From assembly GCA_036741395.1 (NCBI GenBank), contig DAINSI010000002.1:3625-67624 (forward strand): DNA of 64,000 bases, in the 5' to 3' direction. The notes below the pieces were generated by a model. That model did no database searches. It was not told the origin of the DNA and saw nothing but the letters and a program-made list of their open reading frames with translations. The position numbers were made by a program, and so were the translations under genes. Every line of letters begins with the position of its first letter. Within the stretch, counting starts at the first letter, position 1. Below are positions 46,837-55,923 of this stretch, in pieces. This DNA is from Candidatus Dormiibacterota bacterium (GTDB taxonomy: Bacteria > Chloroflexota > Dormibacteria > DASZGP01).

Positions 46837-48843
46837 CTAGAGGCTGAGCCTGCCTACGCCTGCACGCCCGGCCACGCGCACGTTCTCCTCAGCCTGGATC
46901 ACGTGCATGACGGCGTTGATCAGGGCGAGGTGGGTGAAGGCCTGGGGGAAATTGCCGAGGTGGCGCCCGCTCTTGCCGTCGATCTCCTCGGCGTAGAGCT
47001 CCAGCGGGCTGGCGTAGGAGAGCAACTTCTCGCAGAGCAGGCGCGCCAGCCGGTGCTCGCCGATGATCGAAAGCGCGGACACCAACCAGAACGAGCAGAT
47101 CGCGAAGCTGCCCTCCTCCCCGTGGAGGCCGTCGTCGGTCTGGTCGACGCGGTAGCGCTGCACCAGGCCGTCGTGGCTGAGCTCCTTGCGGATCGCCATC
47201 ACGGTGGCGCGGATTCGCGGGTCGTTGGCGGGGAGGAACCCGAACAGGGGCATCAGCAACAGCGAGGCGTCGAGGGCGGTGGTCCCGTAGTACTGCGTGA
47301 AGACGCCGCGTTCATCCACGCCGTTGGCGCAGATGTCGGCATGGATCTCTGCGGCGGCGGCCTCCCATTTCGCCACCGCCTCGGCCTCGTCCCGCAGCCG
47401 GGCCAAACGCGCGCCGCGGTCGGCGGCGACCCAGCACATGAGCTTGGAGGATGTGAAGTGCTGGGGGTCACCGCGGACCTCCCACATCCCGCAGTCCTGC
47501 TCCCGCCAGTGCTCCAGGGCCTGCTCGACCTGGCGTTGGACGATGGGCCAGAGGCGCTCATCAAGGTGGTCGCGGGATGTCGCGTGCAGGTAGAGCGCCT
47601 CGATGACCGCACCCCAGACGTCGTTCTGACGCTGCTTGTAGGCGTCATTGCCGACGCGCACCGGGACCGCCCCCTCGTAACCGCCGAGGTGATCGAGCGC
47701 CTGCTCATCCAGATTGCTCTCACCATCCACGCCATAGACGATCTGCAGGTCCTGGTCGCGCTCCGCGATGTCGGCGATGAAATAGAAGTAGTCGTTGGCC
47801 TCCCAGTCAAAGCCCAGGCAATAGAGCCCCCACAGGGTCAGCGATGAGTCGCGGATCCAGCTGTAGCGGTAATCCCAGTTGCGCTCCCCCTGCGGGGTCT
47901 CCGGCAGCGAGGTCGTCGCCGCGGCGACCACCGCGCCGGTGTTGGCGTAGGTCAGACCCTTGAGGGTCAGGGCGCTGCGCTGCAGGTAACTGCGCCAGCG
48001 GTGGTCGGGAAAGTTGCCGCGCGCCAGCCAGTGCTGCCAGTGATGCGCGGTCCACACCAGGCGCTGGTAGGCATCGTCGTAGGTCAGGGGGGGATCGTGC
48101 TTACTCCAGGAGAGGGCGCAGAAACGCGTCTCGCCGGCCTTGATGAGGGTGCGGGCCAGGGCCCGGGGGCCCTCGAAACCGAGGCGCATGTCGGAGGTCA
48201 GCTTTAGCTCCATGTCGAAACCCTTGGCGGTGGCGATGCCCTCGGCGTAGCCTCGGTCGGTGTAGCTCCAGGAAGCCCGCCTGCGCCCGTAATCGAATAC
48301 CGGCTTGCAGTCCATGACCAGCTGCACCTCGCCCTGCACGCAGCGCACAGTGCGCAGCAGGATGTGTTCGGCGTCGTAGTCGGTCGGGGAGCGTCGGAAG
48401 GTCTGGGAGAGGTCGGTGGCGTGGCGCCAGTTCCCGATCAGCAGCACGTCACGGACGATGATCCAGCCGCCGTTGGCCTCCCAGCTGGTCTCCAGGACCA
48501 TGGTCCCGGGCAGGTAGCGGCGCGACGCCGGGACCTTGACGTCGGCCGGCCCCAGGCGGAACCCGCCGGCAGCGCGGTCAAGGATGGCGCCAAAGATGCT
48601 CGGCGAATCCATCCGCGGCAGGCACATCCACTCGACGTTGCCACTGGGGGAGATCAACGCGGTGACCTCGCAGTCCGAGAGAAAGGCGTAGTCCGCGATG
48701 GGCGGGAACGGTGACGACGCGGCGAGGTCGTCGGCGGTGCTTGCGGCCTGCGCCAGCGCGGCCGCGCTGAGCGGTCGGGGCGCCCTGGATTGGTGCCCGT
48801 TGGTCGCGGGGCTAGCGGCCTCCGCGGATGGGCGCCGTTTCAT
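46837..48843 (-). CDS. Glycoside hydrolase family 15 (glucoamylase/trehalase-like) protein
   Basis: N-terminal PPIADYAFLSDCEVTALISPSGNVEWMCLPRMDS. (alpha/alpha)6 catalytic region with RYSWIRDSSLTLWGL and WEVRGDPQHFTSSK motifs. Size matches actinobacterial GH15 trehalases. Confidence 0.85.
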   Translation of the reverse strand: MKRRPSAEAASPATNGHQSRAPRPLSAAALAQAASTADDLAASSPFPPIADYAFLSDCEVTALISPSGNVEWMCLPRMDSPSIFGAILDRAAGGFRLGPADVKVPASRRYLPGTMVLETSWEANGGWIIVRDVLLIGNWRHATDLSQTFRRSPTDYDAEHILLRTVRCVQGEVQLVMDCKPVFDYGRRRASWSYTDRGYAEGIATAKGFDMELKLTSDMRLGFEGPRALARTLIKAGETRFCALSWSKHDPPLTYDDAYQRLVWTAHHWQHWLARGNFPDHRWRSYLQRSALTLKGLTYANTGAVVAAATTSLPETPQGERNWDYRYSWIRDSSLTLWGLYCLGFDWEANDYFYFIADIAERDQDLQIVYGVDGESNLDEQALDHLGGYEGAVPVRVGNDAYKQRQNDVWGAVIEALYLHATSRDHLDERLWPIVQRQVEQALEHWREQDCGMWEVRGDPQHFTSSKLMCWVAADRGARLARLRDEAEAVAKWEAAAAEIHADICANGVDERGVFTQYYGTTALDASLLLMPLFGFLPANDPRIRATVMAIRKELSHDGLVQRYRVDQTDDGLHGEEGSFAICSFWLVSALSIIGEHRLARLLCEKLLSYASPLELYAEEIDGKSGRHLGNFPQAFTHLALINAVMHVIQAEENVRVAGRAGVGRLSL

Positions 48844-49225
48844 CGTGGCCTCCGGAGAGAACCTGCCATGAGCCCATTGTGGCCCCTGCCGAGGAATCTG
48901 CCAGCCCCCTGACGATCCGGCTCACCCTGCGCCCCACCTCAGATGGGGCGGCATCCCGGCCGCCTGGGACGGTATGGCACCAGGCCCGCTCGCCCACGTC
49001 GGCCAGCGCGCGGCCGAACAACATCTCCCCGACGGAGCACCACTCCATCTCACTTTCCGCGTCCGCGGCGACCTCGAACCGGTCAGCCCCCGTACGCCGG
49101 GCGCCAAGCCCGTCAGCGAGCAGGACCCGCACCAGCACATCGATCAGCTGGCCGTCGGCCTCCTCGTCGGGGATTTCAAACGCCACAATATTCGTAACGT
49201 CCGGCGGGTCCCAGCCCTGTGGCAT
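48812..49225 (-). CDS. Hypothetical protein
   Basis: ORF overlapping the GH15 start by 32 nt; no recognised motifs. Confidence 0.2.
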   Translation of the reverse strand: MPQGWDPPDVTNIVAFEIPDEEADGQLIDVLVRVLLADGLGARRTGADRFEVAADAESEMEWCSVGEMLFGRALADVGERAWCHTVPGGRDAAPSEVGRRVSRIVRGLADSSAGATMGSWQVLSGGHDETAPIRGGR

Positions 49226-49357
49226 TCACACACTTGAGACACTGCGCCGGCCGACGAGGCCCGCGCCAGTCGCGCGATGGGGTCGACACCGCCATTCAGG
49301 CGGGCAGCCCCGCCAGCGGGAACAGCGCCCGGGAGAGGAAGAACATGGAGCCCGGAC

Positions 49358-49840
49358 CTAGGCAGCGACCAGTGTCGGGGTCGCCACCAGGAAGCCGCCG
49401 ATGCCCTGCCCGGTGGCCGTCCCCGGGCCGGTGTCCTTGGCCCAGGTGTACAGCGGGTGCCCGTTGTAGAGGACCTGGCTGCCGAGCGGACCGGCGAAGA
49501 CGGTTAGCGTGCCGGTCACCGAGGATGACCCGGTGGGTGTGCCGGTCGGCAGAAGTACCGGCGGCCAATTGGCGGCACACGCGCCGGTGCAGGTGACGTT
49601 GGTTGCGGTGTCCTTGGTGCGGTAGTACAGCGTCAGGCCCGCGGTGTTGGTCAGGACGACGGTGGAGCTCCCGCCGACACTCACCGACGCCGTCCGGACG
49701 AGGGCTGGTGCGGCCGAGATTGACGGGCTGGCGACCGGAGCGGACCCCGATCCGCTCGAGGAGGACGATGTCCCGCAAGCGGCCAGCGCCAGGGGAACCG
49801 CGGCCAGAGCCAGCGTCGCGCGAATTGCTCGGTTCGTCAT
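49358..49840 (-). CDS. Lipoprotein with two copies of the secreted repeat of unknown function (PF03640 / COG4315, Yx[FWY]xxD motif)
   Basis: Lipobox LALAACG. GGAGG ribosome-binding site before ATG 49840. Repeats LTLYYRTKD and PLYTWAKD. Confidence 0.7.
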   Translation of the reverse strand: MTNRAIRATLALAAVPLALAACGTSSSSSGSGSAPVASPSISAAPALVRTASVSVGGSSTVVLTNTAGLTLYYRTKDTATNVTCTGACAANWPPVLLPTGTPTGSSSVTGTLTVFAGPLGSQVLYNGHPLYTWAKDTGPGTATGQGIGGFLVATPTLVAA

Positions 49841-49993
49841 CGTGCCTCCAATCGGGCGGCCGAGGTCGACCGCACCATAGGGGCTACCGGGGTGGGTTAC
49901 GCGGTTCGAGGAGGAAACGCCGCTTGAGCTGCGCAGGATCCCAGGGTTAACCCGGCCCTCACGCCCTCGTCGTGGAGGACTAACCTCGTGTGC

Positions 49994-50158
49994 ATGACCG
50001 GACAGGGTGCACGGCCGCTGGCGCTGGAGCGACGCGAGTTGGTCTGCGTGCCGGGGCTGAACCAGCCCGAGGCTGTCGAGCGCGTCAACGAGGCGATGCG
50101 GACAATGCTCCAGGCGGGGCTTCAGCCAGACCTGGCCGACCGCTACCGCTGAAGCGCG
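49994..50158 (+). CDS. Unlisted 54-aa ORF (MTGQGARPLALERRELVCVPGLNQPEAVERVNEAMRTMLQAGLQPDLADRYR) with strong GC3 coding bias, upstream of the REC-KaiC pair
   Basis: ATG..TGA read manually. Nearly all third positions are G/C, like neighbouring genes. Below the 60-aa cut-off of the supplied track. Confidence 0.3.
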
Positions 50159-50295
50159 GGCAACCGCCCCTTCTGTTGCTGGTGTTGTTGCGCGCGGGGG
50201 CGGACAATGCGGAATGGACGTATCGATCCGCCCCGGGAGGACCAGGAACAGTGCAGAGTCGGAGACCCCCCTCATCCAGGACGCGCTAGCTGCCC

Positions 50296-50655
50296 ATGCC
50301 GAGAATCCTCGTGGTCGACGACGAGCCGGATATGCGCTTCCTGATCCGACTCTACCTCGAGAAGGCCGGCCACCAGGTGGTTGAAGCCGGTCACGGGGCC
50401 GCCGCCCTGGAGTCCGTGCATGAAGCGCTCCCCGACCTCGTGGTCACCGATGTCATGATGCCGGTGATGGGTGGGCTCGAACTGATCGAGCGGCTCCGCT
50501 CCGACCCGGCCACCGCGACCATTCCCATCCTGGTGGTGAGCGGGGACTCGGAGCTTGCCGAGGGCGCCGACACCGCCCTGGAAAAGCCCTTCGCCCCAGA
50601 TCGGCTCGTCGAGGCGGCGAGTGCCCTCCTGTCAAGCCGGAGCGCGGTTAGTTGA
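50296..50655 (+). CDS. Single-domain CheY-like response regulator (REC only)
   Basis: ILVVDDEPDMRFL...DLVVTDVMMPVMGGLEL...ILVVSG phospho-acceptor pocket motifs. 119 aa with no output domain. Confidence 0.85.
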   Translation: MPRILVVDDEPDMRFLIRLYLEKAGHQVVEAGHGAAALESVHEALPDLVVTDVMMPVMGGLELIERLRSDPATATIPILVVSGDSELAEGADTALEKPFAPDRLVEAASALLSSRSAVS

Positions 50656-52079
50656 AGCGCCTCACAACCGGCGTCCGCGGTCTCGACCTGGTCCTGGGCG
50701 GCGGCTTCGAGCCGGGAGCTGTCGTCGTCGTGGCGGGGGCGCCAGGCACGGGGAAGACGATCCTGGCGCAGCAAATGTGCTTCTCCAACGCGACGGCGGA
50801 GCACCGCGCGATCTATTACACGACCCTTTCAGAACCCCACTCCAAGCTGCTCAGGCACCTGGAGCCGTTCGCGTTCTTCGATGCCAACCGCGTGGGCTCG
50901 ACGGTCGAATTCATTCACCTCGGGGATCTCCTCCGCGAGGACCGTCCCGAAGGGCTCGAGCCGTTGATCTCCGAGGTGGTGCGCAAGACGCTGGAGGAAA
51001 AGCCCTGCCTGGTGGTCATCGACAGCGCCAAGATGCTGGGAGACTTTGTCGACCAGCGCGCGCTTCGAGAGGCCTTCTACGACCTGGCGAGTCGATTCGG
51101 CCATACCGATTCGGTGCTGTTGCTGCTGGGCGAGTACACGCCAGACGAGATGGAGAGCGGCGTCGAGTTTTCGCTCGCCGATGGGATCATCCACCTGGCG
51201 TACGAAGCCCGCGAGCCCGTGGACAGGCGCTGGCTCCGCGTCGTGAAGCTGCGTGGTGGCGACCACCTGGTCGGCAAGCACACCTTTGGTATCGCCGCGG
51301 ACGGTTTTGAGGTCTTTCCGCGCCCGGAGATCGTTTCCCCCCACGAGCTCGCCAGGGTGTCGGGCCGGATCTCCAGCGGAACTCCCCGCCTGGACGAGCT
51401 GATGGGTGGTGGGATTGGCGCGGCCAATGCCACCGTGGTGCTGGGGCCGTCAGGCGCCGGCAAGACCATCTTCGGCCTGAGGTTCATCGCCCAGGGCCTG
51501 GAGGACGGCGAGCGCTGCCTGTATGTCACCTTCCAGGACACCGCGGAGCAGCTGGTGGGCATGGCCCAGAGCTTTGGCTGGGACCTCGAATCGGCCCGCA
51601 AATCGGGTCAGCTGGTGGTGCACCACGTCCCCATGGGCCAGCTCGACCTCGATGTCCTGGCGTCGGTTGTGCGCCGGGAGCTGGCGACCGGCGGGATGCG
51701 TCGCGTGGTGATCGACAGCCTGGCTGAACTGGTCCTGGCCGCGCGCGAGGGAGATCGTTTCCCGGCATATGCCCGCAGCCTCGCCGGCGTCATCCGGGCC
51801 GCCGGCGCGTCGCTGTTGATCACCAGCGAGACCACCACGCTGGGTCCCACCTCCGAACCAGTGGGCGGACTGACGTTCCTCTTCCACAACGTCATCCTGT
51901 TGCGCTACATCGAGCTAAATTCGGAGGCCGGTCGTGCCTTGAACATCATCAAGATGCGCAACAGCGCCCATGACAAGGGCGTCTACAGCTTCGATATCGG
52001 TGCCGACGGGCTGACGATTGGGGCAAAGCTGGAGGGCATCACCGGGGTGACCGGGTGGAGCGCCCTGCGAGGAAAGTGA
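50652..52079 (+). CDS. kaiC: KaiC-family double RecA-like ATPase (circadian-clock KaiC homologue)
   Basis: Two tandem KaiC domains each with GLD..LGGG and Walker A (AGAPGTGKT, LGPSGAGKT) plus Walker B/catalytic Glu regions. TTG start in a TTGA overlap with the response-regulator stop. Confidence 0.8.
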   Translation: MKRLTTGVRGLDLVLGGGFEPGAVVVVAGAPGTGKTILAQQMCFSNATAEHRAIYYTTLSEPHSKLLRHLEPFAFFDANRVGSTVEFIHLGDLLREDRPEGLEPLISEVVRKTLEEKPCLVVIDSAKMLGDFVDQRALREAFYDLASRFGHTDSVLLLLGEYTPDEMESGVEFSLADGIIHLAYEAREPVDRRWLRVVKLRGGDHLVGKHTFGIAADGFEVFPRPEIVSPHELARVSGRISSGTPRLDELMGGGIGAANATVVLGPSGAGKTIFGLRFIAQGLEDGERCLYVTFQDTAEQLVGMAQSFGWDLESARKSGQLVVHHVPMGQLDLDVLASVVRRELATGGMRRVVIDSLAELVLAAREGDRFPAYARSLAGVIRAAGASLLITSETTTLGPTSEPVGGLTFLFHNVILLRYIELNSEAGRALNIIKMRNSAHDKGVYSFDIGADGLTIGAKLEGITGVTGWSALRGK

Positions 52080-52374
52080 CGGCCTGCTGACCCAGGACTA
52101 TCTCCTAAGTCGGGGCCGCCCGAATACGTCATCCAGGGGATCGCACCGTGCCGCCCGACCCCCGGCTGGCCATAGGCGCAGACGCCACCCGGGAAGGCCT
52201 CCTGCAACCGTGACCACTGGTCGTCGGTGAAGGCGACCGGGTAGCCGGCCCGCGACAAGGGCTTGAGCTGGCACTTGAGCGTGTCGTCGGCCAGCGGCAT
52301 GTCGGCGGCGATGCGAGGCGTGCCGTACGACTGCACCGTCTCGTCGCAAACCGCAGCCGGGAGCAATCTGTCCA
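51983..52374 (-). CDS. Hypothetical protein; 3-prime part overlaps kaiC and shows poor codon bias (possible fragment)
   Basis: MDRLLPAAVCDETVQSYG... has high GC3 for about 95 codons then decays. No family recognised. Confidence 0.2.
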
Positions 52375-52435
52375 TGGCGTCCTCCTCAATCCCCTGACGT
52401 GAGCGTGATGCGCCCTCGCTAGGATCGACCGAACT

Positions 52436-53695
52436 GTGAGCGCTGCTGTGAGCAAGGTCGACGATGAGAGCAGGTCTCACCGGCTGCGCCTGTTCCTGAT
52501 CCTCGGGTCACTCACAGCGGTGGGACCGATCGCGATCGATGCCTACCTGCCGGCCTTCCCGACTATCGCCCGGAATTTCAATGCCTCCGCGTCCAACGTG
52601 CAGCTCACCCTGACCGGGCTGCTGGTCGGGCTGGCGCTCGGCCAGGTCGTGGCCGGCCCGCTCAGTGACGTCATGGGCCGGCGGCGCCCCCTGGTCTTCG
52701 GACTGGCGGCGTACACGCTGGCGTCGCTCGCCTGCACAATCGCGCCATCTGTGGCGGTGCTGGACCTGTTTCGCGTCATCCAGGGGCTGGGGGCTGCTGC
52801 CGGCGTCGTTATCGCGCGGGCAATCGTTCGCGACCTGTTCAGCGGGGACGATGCCGCGCGGTTCTTCTCGCTGCTCGTAATCGTCACCGCGATATCGCCG
52901 ATCTTCGCCCCCCTCCTGGGCAGCCTCGTCCTGCGCCTGACGTCGTGGCGCGGGATTTTCGCCATCCTCGCCGCGGTCGGCGGGATCCTGGCGGCGGTCG
53001 TGCTCGTCGGACTGAGGGAGACGCTGCCTCCTCGACGCCGGCGCGAGGGCGGAGTGCCCGACGCCCTTCGCAGCTATCGCAAGCTCCTCACGGACCGCGT
53101 CTTCGTCGGCTATGCGCTGACGTTCGGCGCGCCGTTCATCGGGATCTTCGGTTACATCTCGGGATCGTCATTCGTGCTGCAGAACGTTTACGGGCTGTCT
53201 CCGCAGACCTACGGCCTCCTCTTTGGCCTGAACGGCCTGGGACTGGTGCTGGCCAGCCAGGTCAACCGCTACCTCGTCGGACGCGTTCACGCCACGCGAC
53301 TGCTCGGTGTCGGGATCATCGGGCTGGCCGCCGGGTCCGTGCTGCTCGCTGGGGGGCTACTGATCGGCGGCGTGGGCGTCTTCGGCGTCGTCATCCCACT
53401 GGCACTGCTGGTCGCGTCGGTCGGGTTTGTGTCGCCCAACGCCACCGCGCTCGCGTTATCGGGTCACCCCGAGATGGCGGGGACGGGATCCGCGATCCTG
53501 GGCATCCTGCAGTTCGGCCTCGGCGCCGCGGTGGCGCCGCTCATTGGGCTGGCGGGCACGCACTCCGCGCTGCCGATGGCGATCAGCTTCGGGGTCGCCG
53601 CGGCCGCTGGCGCCGCCTCTTTCCTGCTCATCGCCAGGGGGGCGCGGACTGCGGAATCGGTCTCGGCGGAGGACGCGCAGGTAGTAGGCCTGTAA
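52436..53695 (+). CDS. MFS transporter, Bcr/CflA drug-resistance subfamily
   Basis: 12 TM helices. N-terminal LFLILGSLTAVGPIAIDAYLPAFPTIARNFNAS and motif A GPLSDVMGRRRPL typical of Bcr/CflA. Confidence 0.85.
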   Translation: MSAAVSKVDDESRSHRLRLFLILGSLTAVGPIAIDAYLPAFPTIARNFNASASNVQLTLTGLLVGLALGQVVAGPLSDVMGRRRPLVFGLAAYTLASLACTIAPSVAVLDLFRVIQGLGAAAGVVIARAIVRDLFSGDDAARFFSLLVIVTAISPIFAPLLGSLVLRLTSWRGIFAILAAVGGILAAVVLVGLRETLPPRRRREGGVPDALRSYRKLLTDRVFVGYALTFGAPFIGIFGYISGSSFVLQNVYGLSPQTYGLLFGLNGLGLVLASQVNRYLVGRVHATRLLGVGIIGLAAGSVLLAGGLLIGGVGVFGVVIPLALLVASVGFVSPNATALALSGHPEMAGTGSAILGILQFGLGAAVAPLIGLAGTHSALPMAISFGVAAAAGAASFLLIARGARTAESVSAEDAQVVGL

Positions 53696-53833
53696 CCAGC
53701 GTCTTCCGCGTATCGCGCTCTGGGGGCGTCCCGACGCGTACGCGTCCCGGGGGCCGAACCCCAATTTCGGGCAGCAAGCCCTCGATCGTGGGCGCCACCA
53801 AAGTCGGCCTTGGATAGCGACAGGCCTCAACGA

Positions 53834-53888
53834 TTGTCGAAAAAACCAACGTCGGTCATACTGGGCGACGCGCTCCCACGAGCGCGTC
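53834..53888 (+). promoter_or_regulatory. Promoter-like TTGTCG-N17-CATACT followed by 5-prime-UTR hairpin GACGCGCTC-CCAC-GAGCGCGTC upstream of the decayed ABC ATPase gene
   Basis: Read from sequence. Same CATACT -10 hexamer as the vapB promoter. Confidence 0.25.
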
Positions 53889-53909
53889 CCGCGCCACGAG
53901 GACAGGTCC

Positions 53910-54336
53910 ATGAGGCCACTGATTCAGCTTGAGGCAGTCACCAGGACCTACCGCACCGGTGACGAGGTGCTGACCGTCCTCAACAACGTGAACATCGCCA
54001 TCGAGGCCGGCGACTTCGTCGCCGTGGTGGGACCCTCTGGTTCGGGAAAGTCGACCCTGGCCGATGTCATCGGCGGTCTCGACAGCATCGATTCCGGCAC
54101 GGTCATCGTCGACGGCCTGGATCTCGGCAAAGCTCGCGACAGCACTGTCCCGCTACCGCAACGAGCACATCGGCTTCGTCTTCCAGTCCTTCAACCTCCA
54201 GGGCAGCATCGTCGTGACCCACGACCTGGATATCGCGCGGCAGGCCAGCACCGTGCTATCGATCCAGGATGGCGTGGTTCGCCAGACGCAAGGGGCCGCA
54301 GGTGGGGTGGCCACCCAGGGGGCGACGGTCGGGTGA
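53910..54336 (+). pseudogene. MacB/LolD-type ABC transporter ATP-binding gene disrupted by a 1-nt frameshift (near 54130) and an in-frame internal deletion of about 105 codons
   Basis: Walker A GPSGSGKST in frame 0 up to GLDLGKARD. Continues in frame +1 as ALSRYRNEHIGFVFQSFNLQ, then jumps directly to GSIVVTHDLDIARQ...IQDGVV (C-terminal D-loop/H-loop region). ABC signature LSGGQ and Walker B are absent. Confidence 0.65.
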
Positions 54337-55910
54337 AGTTCCTCGACTACATCCGGGTCGCCTTCAGGAACATCGGGCGCCAGAAATTGCGGAGCGCGCT
54401 GACCATCTTCGCCGTGGTCATCGGGGCCACCAGCGTGACGATCATGCTCGCCCTCGCGACCAGCGCCAAGGACTTCTTCGTGCACCAGTTCGAGGCGACC
54501 GGGCAACTGCAGCAGGTGTCGGTCTCGCAGGCCACCGACTTCACGTACAGGGGGGACCAGTTCAACAACGGGGGTGGGCCAGGGAATGGGAACGCCACGA
54601 CGCCAAAGCTGACCGATGCCCTGATCGCCAGGATCAAGGCCCTGCCCCATGTTGTCAACCTGACCGGTGTCACCCAGGCGCAGGGGTTTGAGGCGCTCAT
54701 CTACCACGGAAAGGAGCTCGCGATGGGCGGGCGCGCGTCATCGCCACCGCAGGCTTATGACCCCAACGGGACGATCAAGCAGCAGATCGTCGCCGGGCGG
54801 GACCTGCGGGAGTCGGATGGCGTCGGGGTCATTGTCCTCTCCACCGCTTACGCCGATGCCCTCGGCGTCAAACAGGACTACGGGGCGCTGGTGGGGCAAA
54901 AGGTCACCCTTCGAACCCAGTACGGCTTCAGCGGCGAGGGTGCGCCGGTGCCGCCAGCGCCGCCCACAACCCAGGGCCCGGATCAAAGAGGACCGGGTCC
55001 GGGGGCCCAACCACCAGGCTTCTGTAAGGGTGGGGGTGGGGGCGGCCCACCGCCCAGCGGCCCGGGCGCAGCGAGCTGCAACCCCAGCACGGACCTGGCG
55101 GCGACCATCGTGGGGGTCGCCAGCTACGGCTCCCACCAGACCCTCGTCGTCCTCCCCCTCAAATGGGCCCGCGGGCTCGATGAGTCGCGCACGTGGGTCG
55201 TATCCATGGCCGACCAGGACGCGTACGACCAGGCTCAGCGGGCGTTCCAGCAGGCTCGGCAGAACTGCTTCAGCCCGGGGCACCCGGCCCAGTGCGGCCA
55301 ACAGCCGCCACCCCAGCCTCATTACACGCTGATCACCACCAACCAGTTCGACCAGGACGGCTACGGGGAGATCATCGTGCAGGCGGACAGCGCCAGCAAC
55401 GCCGAGCCGCTGGCGGCGGCGATCCGCACCTTCGGCGTGGGAGCGGCGAGCGCTCAGGCCTACGTCAACCAGCAGGAGGGCATCTTCAACATCCTGGCCC
55501 TGATCCTCGGCGGAATCGGCGCGATCGCGCTCGTGGTGGCCGCGATCGGGGTGATCAACACCATGGTGATGGCGATCCTCGAGCGCACTCGGGAGATCGG
55601 CGTCCTCCGCGCCTGCGGCGCCACCCGCGCCACCATCCGGCGGCTGTACACCTTCGAAGCGGCCATGCTCGGCTTCTGGGGCGGCGTCTTCGGGGTCCTG
55701 GTGGGCTTCCTGCTGACTCTCGCCGCCAACCCCATCATCAACAACCAGCTAAAGGTCAATAGCATCAGCTCGAGCAACATCATCACGCTGCCCCTCTGGC
55801 TGGTCCTGGCCGTCGTGGCTGCGACCACCCTGATCGGCACCCTTGCCGGCCTCTACCCCGCCAGCCGTGCGGCCCGGCTCAATCCGGTCGAAGCCCTTCG
55901 TTACGAGTGA
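54333..55910 (+). CDS. ABC transporter permease, MacB/FtsX family (N-terminal TM, large periplasmic domain with Gly/Pro-rich insert, C-terminal FtsX 3-TM bundle)
   Basis: VKFLDYIRVAFRNIGRQKLRSALT N-terminus (MacB_PCD type). C-terminal FtsX domain ILGGIGAIALVVAAIGVINTMVMAILERTREIGVLRACGATRA. GTG in a GTGA overlap with the pseudogene stop. Confidence 0.8.
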   Translation: MKFLDYIRVAFRNIGRQKLRSALTIFAVVIGATSVTIMLALATSAKDFFVHQFEATGQLQQVSVSQATDFTYRGDQFNNGGGPGNGNATTPKLTDALIARIKALPHVVNLTGVTQAQGFEALIYHGKELAMGGRASSPPQAYDPNGTIKQQIVAGRDLRESDGVGVIVLSTAYADALGVKQDYGALVGQKVTLRTQYGFSGEGAPVPPAPPTTQGPDQRGPGPGAQPPGFCKGGGGGGPPPSGPGAASCNPSTDLAATIVGVASYGSHQTLVVLPLKWARGLDESRTWVVSMADQDAYDQAQRAFQQARQNCFSPGHPAQCGQQPPPQPHYTLITTNQFDQDGYGEIIVQADSASNAEPLAAAIRTFGVGAASAQAYVNQQEGIFNILALILGGIGAIALVVAAIGVINTMVMAILERTREIGVLRACGATRATIRRLYTFEAAMLGFWGGVFGVLVGFLLTLAANPIINNQLKVNSISSSNIITLPLWLVLAVVAATTLIGTLAGLYPASRAARLNPVEALRYE

Positions 55911-55923
55911 CCCGACGTTCCAG

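Noticed and set aside
49897-50289. Track ORFs 49897-50088 (minus) and 49990-50289 (plus) in the REC-KaiC upstream region
   Set aside because: Poor codon bias and Arg/Ala-rich products. The manually found 49994-50158 frame has much better GC3 periodicity and is preferred as the only plausible small ORF here.
52098-52455. Nested minus-strand ORFs 52098-52349 and 52129-52455
   Set aside because: Alternative frames of the same region. Only the 51983-52374 frame shows any coding-like bias, and even that is doubtful.
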